Of a DNA stretch of 64,000 nt, positions 33,106 to 44,846 are shown piece by piece. Location of the stretch: positions 124,001 through 188,000 of the forward strand of contig NW_013657636.1 of NCBI RefSeq assembly GCF_000142905.1. Direction: 5' to 3'. The notes below the pieces were generated by a model. The model saw only the letters and a program-made list of their open reading frames with translations. It ran no database searches and was not told where the DNA came from. The translations under genes were made by a program, and so were the position numbers. Source of the stretch: Thecamonas trahens ATCC 50062 (taxonomy: Eukaryota; Protista; Apusomonadida). Position 1 is the first letter of the stretch; each line of letters begins with the position of its first letter.

Positions 33106-35898
33106 TTAAACGAGGGCGGCAAAGGCGGAGCGCTGGCGCTCGAGGCGGAGCTCGCGATCGCGGGCAAAGCGGACAACGCCGGCGTAGATAGACTCGGTGT
33201 CGAGCTTGGCCTCGGCGATGACATCAGGCTCGAGGCCGCCGGTGCGCCAGCGGTCGTCGTGGTCAGTGGCAAGGGTGTACTCGGTGGTGAGCGGGCCGAG
33301 GTTGCGGAGCGGGAAGATGGTCTTGGTCATGGTGGTCACGACCATGCAATCGTAGTGAGCGGCGAGCGGCATGACCTTGTTGCGGTACTCCTCCGACTGG
33401 ATGTCGAAAAGCTCCTGCGAGACGACCGAGACGATGCGGACGTTGATGCCTTCAGCCTCGAGACGCGGGATGAGCGAGACCAGGTTGACAGTTGAGGAGC
33501 AGCCCTGAACGAGGACGGTGCCCATGGGAGGCTCGTTGTCCGAGTACTCGCGAATGACGTATGCGCCCTTGGCGGCAGCGCGCGGGTCGGAGTCGGCAAA
33601 AGCGGAGCGGTCGGCGACGGCGAGGTCGGGGCGGGCGACGTGGACGGCAATGATCGAGGTGTTCTTGTTGGTGAGCGCCATGTTGAGGGCGGCAAAGTAA
33701 CCCGGGCAGACGTCGTTGTAGTCCCAGAAGTACAGGTTAACGATGTGGCCGTTGGGGAAGAGGCGCCAGCACTGGGGGGCGTAGACACCAAAGTGCGAGC
33801 GGGCGTCGGCAGCGGTCTCGGGGCCCGAGTGGCCGGCGATGACGGTGACGGTGCCGAGCGCAAACGGCGAGTCCTGGTTCTGCTGCGAGAAGATGCGAAG
33901 CGGGAGGTAGAATAGCGGAGTAAACGCACCGTAGGTGCCAGTGGCGGCGTGGAACCCGTTGTGGACCGCCGGGTCAGCCGAGAGCGTCTGCGACGCAATG
34001 CCAGCCGCTGTGCACGCGTTGCCGGCCTCCTGAATGGCGGCCTTAAGGCGCGTGCCGGCCACGTTGGTCACCGGCGAGTAGTGGCCGGTCCAGTTGGAGT
34101 TCTCCAGATTGATCGAGTTCGAGAGGTCTGCGGCAATGGTCATGTACCGGTTGCCAGTCACGTAGTTGATCCACTTGCCAAACTCGGAGATGGCACGGCG
34201 GGTGCCCTTCTTGGTTCCGGCCGGTAGCGACATGCGGATGGTCTCAGTCATCTCCTCACCGGTCACCGGGTGGACCATGGTGAGCTCAACGGGCTCAAGC
34301 GGAATGTTGTCCACAAGGAGGCGCTCGTCGAGGAACGGGTCGGCCGCCGCCGGTGCCAGCCGAAGCGTCGTCTCGAACGACGCGGTGGCGGCTTCCCAGT
34401 CCGAGGCGATGCGGACGAGGCGCTGCGCGATCCACTTGCGAATGGCGCCGTCGTTGGCGTCGAGGACCGAGAGGCAGACGTCGATGTTGGTCTTGAACTG
34501 CCGGAGGCGCTCGGCCTCGGTGGCCGGCGGCGCGTCACGGATGCCGACAAACTCGACGCCAAACTTGGCCTCGAACGACTCGGCAAGCGCCACAAAGTAC
34601 TCCGAGTTCATCTTCATCGAGTACGGGTGAGACGGATACGAGACAATCTGCTCAGTCGAGCCAACCTTGCCGTCCTTGGCTGCCGGCCACCAGCCCTTCA
34701 CCGTGTGGGCAATGACAACCATCGGGCGGCGGTCCGCAGGGTCCGACTCCTCCATGGCCTTAAACGTGGCCAGCAGGTCGGCGTACGACGAGCCGTCGAC
34801 AAGCTCGACCACGTTCCAGCCGTACGAGGTAAACTGCTCCACGATGTTGTACGAGTCGGCGTACTCGCTCGGCACCACGCCACCCACCAGTGCGTCGTCG
34901 ATGCCGGCGTTGTTGTACGAGAAGAAGAAGCGGAGACGCTTGCCGACCTGCTGCGCAAGCGCAATCGTCTTGAGCTCCTGGGCGTGGCCCTCGGTAAAGG
35001 CAAACTCACCTTCGAGCGCCCAGATCTTGAGCGAGTCCGGCGCGCCGGCCGCGTCCCAGAACAGTGCCTTACCCGCGGTCGTCGCCGCGCCCACGCCTGA
35101 TGGTCCGCCGTTGACGTCGTTGGTCACGTCGGTCGTCTCCGAGTGGCCCATGAGCGCGCGGATCCCGCGGATCTTGGCCTGCTCAAACAGCGGCTCGTCT
35201 GCCACACCAGCATCCTCCAGCAGAGTCTTGACCGCGTCCGGCGACCGCCGGAAGCCGAGCGCGTCGATGGCGTACATGCCGATCTCCGGATCGACCTTGT
35301 ACGTGTCGTCACCCGTCGCAGCATGCTCGCGTGCCATCGACTCGTACAGAATCATCCACAGCGAGTAGCACGTCGGGATGCAGTGCCCGCCGGTGAGCAT
35401 GAACTTGTCGGAGAACGGATGCTTCGGGTTGCGGATGTCATACCCGAGCGCACCGTTCGACGGCAGGCCAAGATGCAGCGCCACGTTGGCTGGCGTGTAC
35501 GACATCGGCCCTCCAAAGTGGCCCGTCTGTGCATAGTTGCCCATCACCACCATGTTCATTGCAGTGATGAACCCAACGTCCGCAAACATCTGCTCATCAA
35601 AGTCCACAAGGCTATTCCCCCGTCCCCCCCCGCAGTATACCCCACCGATGTCCGTGGTGAGTAAGGCCATGTGACCCATGCCACCGCCACGCCATCACGC
35701 CCTCCACGCTCTCCTTCCGCCTCCACCACCGCCACCGCACATGTCCACGACCCCCCCCCCCCCCTCCCCTCATCCCCCATGCTCTCCTCCCCTCCCCTCC
35801 CCTGCTTCCACCCATCTTCACCTCCCTCCTCCCTCCCCTTCCCCCCCCCCCCCCCCTGCGCTTCACGCGTGTTCGTGTTCGTACTTGGAGGCCGACAT
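33106..35898 (-). CDS. Atypical long transketolase-family (ThDP-dependent) enzyme; intron 35612-35884
   Basis: Motifs GHFGG, GGHCIP, GHSET, NGGPSGVG, HTVKGW, AADLSNS, AAIQEAGN, TYGAF and HSGPETAADARSH. A phase-2 GTACGA...TAG intron gives the N-terminus MSASNLVDFDEQ. Confidence 0.85.
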
Positions 35899-36713
35899 GG
35901 TTATTCTGTTCTCAAGAAAGTTGAATGGAGAGGGGTGGCTGTTCGATGGATAGGTCGCGGGGAACGTTATAGTTTTACTTTGTAGTCGTAGTCGTTGTCG
36001 TTGCTGCCTTTGTAGTCTGCGTCATGGTGGATTGTGCGATAGACAACATGCCAGGGTGGTACATATCGACTCGCGTGCTCTTGATCAAAAGACTGCGATT
36101 GTCACCCGGATGTCGTTGGCGTTGTCCGCGTGTGGGTGACGTGCCCGCCTATCGGTCAGCGACCCCCCCGACAATCACAAGCGACCATCGCCATCAAAGG
36201 AGTCGATCATACCAGCCCCTGGCCTACTCTATCCACGTACGCGTAGTGAGCCAGTCCCCCTTGCGCGGGTCGGCCATGCATCTCATCACTTGCGTGATGT
36301 GCCTCCCACCCACCCCAGTCGATCCCTTGTGCGATCACGTACAGATCGCACAACACCGTCAACTGGGCCGTGGTTTTTACGGTCACTGGTGGTAGGTAAC
36401 CCGCCGACTGATGCGAGAAAAACCAGACCAACCTCAAAGCCCACTACCCAGCAATCTGCAATCGAAAGCCCGTTGCTCTTTACACCCTCTGCAACCCCGA
36501 GACGAGTGCTTTGGGGGAGAATGGGAGGGGGGGTGGGGGGTGACACGCAGCGAACAATTTGTTTTGGACCTGCGAAGCACTGCCACTGTGCACGCGTGAC
36601 CGACCAACCATCTCTTCCGTCAGGGAGTGGGAGCGACGGAGAGCTGACGTACGGTGTCTATCTTGTCTCTACTGGTTTCATTGTCTGATATCTGTGTGGC
36701 TATATTGACTGCC

Positions 36714-39700
36714 ATGTTTAGTTGCTCGCAAGAAAGGCTTGTGTGCGTGTTGGTGGCGGTGTTGTGCTTGGCTGGCTCTGTCAGGGGCGCCACGGTTGCC
36801 GTGCCGAACGATGGCCAGTTTCCGTCGATTCTTGCAACGATTGCAGCGGCGGCGCATGGCGATACGGTATTGATTCCTGCCGGGACATGGACCAACTGTA
36901 CAGCGCCCATCAATGGTCGTGGTGTAGGCATTTCTCTGTCGATTGTGGGAGCTGGTGTCGCGAGCACCATCATCGACTGTGGCTTTCCTGACCGGCCTAT
37001 TATGAAGTTGACGCCAAAGGCCGATGGGTGGAACGTGACCGATCTGACGATGACCCGCGGCGGCTCACTGACGGCATCGTACCAGCTTGGCGGATGCGTG
37101 TATGCGCTCAGCGGATCTGTAGTCTCTTTTGAGCGGGTCCACTTTGTCGACTGCCAGCTCGATGGTATAGCTCTACCCAAGTACATGGGCGGTGCACTGG
37201 CGACGACTGGCGTGGGGACTTCGGTGGAGATGGTAGACGTGGAGATGCGCGGGTGCCGTGCTGGTGGCGTTGCCAACGGCGAGGGTGGGGCGCTGTCGAT
37301 CGGCCAGGACACAACGCTAACGGCTGGCGGCATCAAGATCACCAACTCGAGTTCTGGCGGGACCGGCGGCGGACTGTGGTCGAACGCGGCGACGGTCAAC
37401 ATTGTCGGTGCTGGTGCTGTTGTCGCCAATTGCTCGGCCGCCCTCAACGGTGGTGGCCTAAGGATTCAGTGGACGTCCACGTGGGCAGTGTCTGCGCCAC
37501 TCACTGTGTCTGGAAACATCGCTGGCGCGCTGGGTGGTGGCATCTCGCTTTCCGGCCTTGCTTGCGCTGGCTCGCTGGCCGGCGCTATTGTCACTGGCAA
37601 CACTGCGGGAGAGTGCGGCGGCGGCATCCATTGGACCGTCAAAGCGCCAATGACTCTGGTCAACGGTGTTGTGAGCGGCAACCGCGCAGCCAACGGGTCT
37701 GGGATCTGCTTCCACGACTTTCGCCCGTCGACAGGCGTCCGAATTATCGACTCGGTTGTCTCGGGCAACGAAGCATCGGGCTATGGTGGTGGAGTCTACT
37801 TTGGCATGGGTGTCGGATCACCAGGTCTGCAACGAGTTTGGTCGTGGGCAACACAGCGATGCAAGGATCAGGTGTATTTGTCGGTCGCGATATGAGCCCA
37901 TCGATTCTGGCATGCAACATTAGCCGCAACTTGGCGCCGACTGGGGCCGGGTTTGCGATTGCAGACGGTGCGCCGGGCACTGTGGACACAGCAGGAACCC
38001 GCAGCTGCGGCAACTTTGGCGCGCTGGCACACGGTGTGGATGTGTGGTGTGGCGGGGCGTCGCGGATGATCAACCCCATTGTGGGCGGATGCACGCCAGG
38101 AGCGTACTGCCGTCGTAGCGACGGCGCTTGCCCGCTGAGTGGCAGCACGTGCATGTCTGCGTGCCCGGGTGGATGGGATGGGCCGCGGTGCACGGTGAAG
38201 ACCAACTGCGCGAGCGATCCAGGTGAGGGAGTGTGCACAAGCTGTGATCCCGGATTTGACGTCGTGACGAGTTTGGATGCGCGATACGGGACGTGTGTGG
38301 TGGCTGCTAGTCCGCCGCCATCGCCACCGTTCCCGGCGCCGCCGCCATTCCCATCCCCGCCGCCGCCGATGCGGGCCAAAGAGCCACAGCCGGTGGTGTG
38401 GACGCTCAGTCCGTCGGTCTCGCCATACGCGGGTGGGATCAGGATGCGGCTGAAGCGGACGCGCGCCACGCCCGAGGTGCCAGACTTTGTTGCGAGCGGG
38501 ACGTACTCGCTTGACATGCCTGTGTATCAATCGCCGGACGAGGCGTATCCGGCGCAGACGGTGTTAATTCCGTGCACGGTGGTGGACGCCAGGACGCTCG
38601 AGTTTGTGTCTGTGGAGTCGAACCACACTGGATACCACGAACTCAAGCTTGCGGTGGGCGGAAGTGCGAGCAGGGTGCGGCTGACGTCGCTGATCACGTA
38701 CGTAGAGCACCAGTGCTTCGACGAGGGCACGGTGTGGTACGGGCAGCGGTGCCAAGACTGCTCCAAGTTCAAGGGCGCGTTCTGTCCCGGCGGGACGCGG
38801 TTTTGGCCGCGGGCCGGGTACTGGTCGGCAGATGAGGCGCAGCCGCCGACACAGTGTCGGCTGAAGGCGGCGTGTCCGGGTGCAATGGGTGACAACAACG
38901 TGTATCCTGCGCGTGTGGACGAGGGCGGACGGCGGCTGACGACACAGTGCTCAAGCGGGTATGCGGACGCGTTCTGCTCGACGTGCAAGGTGGGATACTA
39001 CCAAGAGTACGGAGTGTGCCGTGCGTGCGGGTCTAGCGCGTCTGTGGAGACTGAGATGGCGCTGATGCTTGTTGTTGCGGGCGGGTATTTTGTTGTTGTG
39101 CTTGTGGGGCTGTTCTGGCTCTCGCCGCGGTCGCTGGTGGGAGTTGTGGCTGTTGTGCTCGCGGTGCAGCAGATGGTGATTGTGGCCAAGGTCGCACTGC
39201 AGCAAGTGGCGGAGAGCACGAAGAGCGAGGTTGTGCCGACGATTGTGCGTGTGCTGTCTATTCTCAACTTTGAGATCCAGGTTGTGAAGCCAGGATGCGC
39301 GATTTCGGCCATGTCGTTTGTGTCGCTGTACTTTGGGACGCTGCTTGTTGTGTGCGCGGCGGGGATCGGGTTCCTTGTTGTGGTTTGGCTGCGGACGCGG
39401 GTGTGTGGGTCTGGGTCGCAGCTGCAGCTGGCGAGGCAGGCGCCTGTGTCGCAGTCTGTACTCGACCTTGTGGAGGCCGAGCGACGTGGGGCCGGGCGGC
39501 ATGGTCCGCGTGCGGAGCGCAACTCGATATCGATTGTGTCGGAGCGGCTGACAGCGATCGACACGGCGTCGACTCGGTCGGACTCGACGGTGAGCAGCGG
39601 ATCGCTTGTGTCTGCGCTGTACGTGCGGTCACGGCTGAAGCACTCGCTGGTGATTCTGGGCGCGCTGGCATACCTGCAGATTGCACTGCGGAGCGTACAG

Positions 39701-40681
39701 GCACTGCACTGCGTGCGCGCCGGTGACGGCGAGCTGCGGCTCAAGGTGGAGCTGCGAGTGGTGTGTTACAGCGGGGCACATATGCAAGCAGCGGTTGTGG
39801 CATGGGGCGTGATGGCTGGCTACTGCGTGGGGTTCCCTGTGTGGATCGGAGTGACGGGGGTGCAGACGCTGCGCAAGGTGAAGGGCCTGCATGCCGCGGT
39901 GATTGATCTTGCGCTGCAGTCGTACGGGCTTTTGCTGCGCGGGCTCAAGCCGACGTACTTTTGGTTCCGTGCTGTGCAGGTTGCGGCGACGCTGTCGTTC
40001 ATTGCGGAGACTGTGACTATTGCAGAGGATGGGATGCGGATGTTTGCGTGTGCGATGAACTTTGTGGGCGTGACGGCGATTGTTGTTGTGCTCAACCCGT
40101 TTGTAGGGTGGCTCCACACGTGGCTGGCGGTGGGGACGGGAGTGGCAGGAACGGGGCAACTGCTGTACTTTCTGTTTGCGGAGAACAGTGGGCTGTTTGC
40201 GGTCGGCGCGATTGTGAGCGGGGCCGTATTTGCTGTGCTTGCCGGGATCGGGCTGTGGCGTCGGCGTCGGGAGCGTGGCAAGGGCGAGCGGATGATCGCG
40301 CCGGCTCGTGGAGGAGATGGGACCGAGTCCCCACTGGTGCTGGCGTCGCTGCCGTCGCAACTTGGCGTTGTGGATGAGGAATCACCTGCGACGTCAGACA
40401 CTGACGACGTGGAGGTGCTTGATGCGTCGTTGGCGTCGTCGTCGTCGTCGTCGTCGTTGGGCTCGACTGTGAACCTTGTGATCACATCGGCAAACGTGTC
40501 GCGTGCTGACAACGTCGCGGTTGGCCTGGGTACGACGTCTGAGTCGCAGTCGCGGTCGGGTGACCATGGAATGGGAAGCAAGACGATGTCGTTCGAGCGG
40601 CTTCCAGCGAGACGGCGGACAGCAACCGGACGGAGTCGACTTCGTACCACGACGCCTCGCAAGTATCGCAAGCGTGGGTGA
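36714..40681 (+). CDS. Large membrane protein, copy 1: signal peptide, Pmp-like GGA(I/L) beta-helix, Cys-rich/EGF-like, Pro hinge, Cys-rich repeats, multipass TM; frameshift near 37820
   Basis: Repeated N.A..GGG(I/L) motifs, CPGGWDGPRC, CPGG..FWPRAGYWS, CSSGYADAFCSTCKVGYY and about 7-8 hydrophobic helices. Confidence 0.8.
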
Positions 40682-43600
40682 GAGTGGGCTTGACAGACCC
40701 GACGTTGGCCAGCCCACCTTTCTCCTCGCGAGGTCTAAAAATTGTTGTGGTCACCACAGCTGTCAATTTCAGTGCGCGTGCGCGCTTCGGACCTTTTCGA
40801 GCTACACCACTCTGCTGAGACTACTCTTGTCACACAGAGCGTCTGTGCGGAACAAGGCCGTAGCGACTCACCACAAACAGATTGTTTGTATACCTCTGTA
40901 CACCATGCGATGGCCATGGATGGGGTTGCTGCTTGCCTCCGTCCTCGTCCTCCGCACCACGCACGTGGCGTCGGCCGCCACGGTTGTGGTGCCGGCCGAC
41001 GGGCAGTTCAGCTCGATCCTTGCAGCGGTGGCCGGAGCTGCCAATGGCGACACAGTGTCGATTCCTGCAGGGACATGGACCAATTGCACAACATGGCTGC
41101 AAGGTCGTGGAGGCGGTGTGAGCTTGACCCTTGCCGGCGCCGGTGCTGGGAGCACGGTCATTGACTGCGGGTTCCCGGACATGCCCATTATGACGTTTGC
41201 GCCCATGGCCGACGGGTGGAACGTGACCGACCTAACGCTGCGGCGCGGCGGATCGCTGGCGGCGACATACTCGTCAGGCGGATGTGTGCACGCGATGAGT
41301 GCATCTGTGGTGACCTTTGAACGAGTTCATTTCGAGGACTGTGTGCTCGATGGTGGGCTTGCCAGTTACCAGGGCGGGGCGATGATGACGAACGGAGCAG
41401 GCGGGGTGGTGACGCTCAACGATGTGGTTGTGCGCAACACGAGGGCCGGCGGGAGTGCACCAGGCGAAGGCGGAGGGATTGCTGTGGGGCAGGACACGAC
41501 GCTTGTGGCGAACGGGTTGCGGGTAGAGGGCTGCAGTGCTAGTGATGCCGGCGGCGGGATCTGGGCGAATGCTGCGACGGTGAATGTGATTGGAGCCGGG
41601 CTGACGCTTGTGGGCAACACGGCGGCAAAGGTTGGTGGCGGCATGGTGATCAAATGGACGACGACGGTGTCTGTGACTGCGGCGCTCAATGTGACTAGCA
41701 ACAGCGCTGGTGAGTACGGCGGTGGAGTGTGGCTGACCGCACCCGGGAGCACTGGCACACTTGGAGCAGCGAGTGTGACAGGCAACACAGCTGGAGTGTG
41801 CGGAGGTGGGCTGGCGTGGACGAAGCGAAGTCCTGTGCTACTGGATGGCGGAGTCGTGAGCGGTAACCAGGCAGTCAACGGGTCTGGGATCTGTTTTTAT
41901 GACATGGTAACAACGGCTGGAGTCCGCGCGGTGGACTCTGTTGTGTCGGACAACGTGGCGACGGGTTACGGCGGTGGTGTGTACTTTGGAGGCAGTGGGA
42001 TTGCAACGATTGAGCGCGTTGCGGTCGTGGACAACACAGCGATGATGCAAGGATCAGGTGTATTTGTCGGTCGCGATATGAGCCCATCGATTCTGGCATG
42101 CAACATTAGCCGCAACTTGGCGCCGACTGGGGCCGGGTTTGCGATTGCAGACGGTGCGCCGGGCACTGTGGACACAGCAGGAACCCGCAGCTGCGGCAAC
42201 TTTGGCGCGCTGGCACACGGTGTGGATGTGTGGTGTGGCGGGGCGTCGCGGATGATCAACCCCATTGTGGGCGGATGCACGCCAGGAGCGTACTGCCGTC
42301 GTAGCGACGGCGCTTGCCCGCTGAGTGGCAGCACGTGCATGTCTGCGTGCCCGGGTGGATGGGATGGGCCGCGGTGCACGGTCAAGACCAACTGCGCGAG
42401 CGATCCAGGTGAGGGAGTGTGCACAAGCTGTGCGCCCGGATTTGACGTCGTGACGAGTTTGGATGCGCGATACGGGACGTGTGTGGTGGCTGCTAGTCCG
42501 CCGCCATCGCCATCGTTCCCGGCGCCGCCGCCATTCCCATCCCCGCCGCCGCCGATGCGGGCCAAAGAGCCACAGCCGGTGGTGTGGACGCTCAGTCCGT
42601 CGGTCTCGCCATACGCGGGCGGAATCAGGATGCGGCTGAAGCGGACGCGCGCCACGCCCGAGGTGCCAGACTTTGTTGTGAGCGGGACGTACTCGCTTGA
42701 CATGCCTGTGTATCAATCGCCGGACGAGGCGTATCCGGCGCAGACGGTGTCAATTCCGTGCACGGTGGTGGACGCCAGGACGCTCGAGTTTGTGTCTGTG
42801 GAGTCGAACCACACCGGATACCACGAGCTCAAGCTTGCGGTGGGCGGAAGTGCGAGCAGGGTGCGGCTGACGTCGCTGATCACGTACGTAGAGCACCAGT
42901 GCTTCGACGAGGGCACGGTGTGGTACGGGCAGCGGTGCCAAGACTGCTCCAAGTTCAAGGGCGCGTTCTGTCCCGGCGGGACGCGGTTTTGGCCGCGGGC
43001 CGGGTACTGGTCGGCAGATGAGGCGCAGCCGCCGACACAGTGTCGGCTGAAGGCGGCGTGTCCGGGTGCAATGGGTGACAACAACGTGTATCCTGCGCGT
43101 GTGGACGAGGGCGGACGGCGGCTGACGACACAGTGCTCAAGCGGGTATGCGGACGCGTTCTGCTCGACGTGCAAGGTGGGATACTACCAAGAGTACGGAG
43201 TGTGCCGTGCGTGCGGGTCTAGCGCGTCTGTGGAGACGTGAGATGAATGCGCTGATGCTGTGTGCGGGCGGTATTTGTTGTGTGCTGTGGGCGTTCTGGC
43301 TCTCGCCGCGTCGCTGTGGGATTGTGGCGTTTGCTCGCGGTGCACAAAGGTGATTGGGCCAAGTCCCATGCACCAAGGGGGGGAGCAGAAGAGGGAGTTG
43401 TCCGACGATTGGGCGTGTGCTTTTTTTCTCCACTTGGAGTTCCGGGTTGTGAAGCCAGGATGCGCGATTTCGGCCATGTCGTTTGTGTCGCTGTACTTTG
43501 GGACGCTGCTTGTTGTGTGCGCGGCGGGGATCGGGTTCCTTGTTGTGGTTTGGCTGCGGACGCGGGTGTGTGGGTCTGGGTCGCAGCTGCAGCTGGCGAG

Positions 43601-44815
43601 GCAGGCGCCTGTGTCGCAGTCTGTACTCGACCTTGTGGAGGCCGAGCGACGTGGGGCCGGGCGGCATGGTCCGCGTGCGGAGCGCAACTCGATATCGATT
43701 GTGTCGGAGCGACTGACAGCGATCGACACGGCGTCGACTCGGTCGGACTCGACGGTGAGCGGCGGATCGCTTGTGTCTGCGCTGTACGTGCGGTCACGGC
43801 TGAAGCACTCGCTGGTGATTCTGGGCGCGCTGGCATACCTGCAGATCGCACTGCGGAGCGTACAGGCACTGCACTGCGTGCGCGCTGGTGACGGCGAGCT
43901 GCGGCTCAAGGTGGAGCTGCGAGTGGTGTGTTACAGCGGGGCACATATGCAAGCAGCGGTTGTGGCATGGGGCGTGATGGCTGGCTACTGCGTGGGGTTC
44001 CCTGTGTGGATCGGAGTGACGGGGGTGCAGACGCTGCGCAAGGTGAAGGGCCTGCATGCCGCGGTGATTGATCTTGCGCTGCAGTCGTACGGGCTTTTGC
44101 TGCGCGGGCTCAAGCCGACGTACTTTTGGTTCCGTGCTGTGCAGGTTGCGGCGACGCTGTCGTTCATTGCGGAGACTGTGACTATTGCAGAGGATGGGAT
44201 GCGGATGTTTGCGTGTGCGATGAACTTTGTGGGCGTGACGGCGATTGTTGTTGTGCTCAACCCGTTTGTAGGGTGGCTCCACACGTGGCTGGCGGTGGGG
44301 ACGGGAGTGGCAGGAACGGGGCAACTGCTGTACTTTCTGTTTGCGGAGAACAGTGGGCTGTTTGCGGTCGGCGCGATTGTGAGCGGGGCCGTATTTGCTG
44401 TGCTTGCCGGGATCGGGCTGTGGCGTCGGCGTCGGGAGCGTGGCAAGGGCGAGCGGATGATCGCGCCGGCTCGTGGAGGAGATGGGACCGAGTCCCCACT
44501 GGTGCTGGCGTCGCTGCCGTCGCAACTTGGCGTTGTGGATGAGGAATCACCTGCGACGTCAGACACTGACGACGTGGAGGTGCTTGATGCGTCGTTGGCG
44601 TCGTCGTCGTCGTCGTTGGGCTCGACTGTGAACCTTGTGATCACATCGGCAAACGTGTCGCGTGCTGACAACGTCGCGGTTGGCCTGGGTACGACGTCTG
44701 AGTCGCAGTCGCGGTCGGGTGACCATGGAATGGGAAGCAAGACGATGTCGTTCGAGCGGCTTCCAGCGAGACGGCGGACAGCAACCGGACGGAGTCGACT
44801 TCGCACCACGACGCC
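37849..44815 (+). repeat. Direct duplication of ~2.8 kb (37849-40656 vs 42032-44815)
   Basis: Near-identical nucleotide sequence at an offset of about 4.16-4.19 kb. Confidence 0.92.
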
Positions 44816-44834
44816 GCGGCTGCGACGAAAGTAA
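40905..44834 (+). CDS. Large membrane protein, copy 2 (tandem paralog); garbled segment 43238-43445
   Basis: Same architecture as copy 1. Segment 42032-44815 is almost identical to 37849-40656. An indel-rich patch breaks the frame. Confidence 0.75.
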
Positions 44835-44846
44835 ATGGTGAGCCAG

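Noticed and set aside
35900-36300. TPP riboswitch or SRP RNA upstream of the transketolase
   Set aside because: No CUGAGA/ACCUGAU TPP cores and no SRP helix-8 motif were found on either strand.
43238-43445. Hypervariable or edited segment in receptor copy 2
   Set aside because: A dense patch of indels and substitutions flanked by near-perfect identity looks like a low-quality read end.
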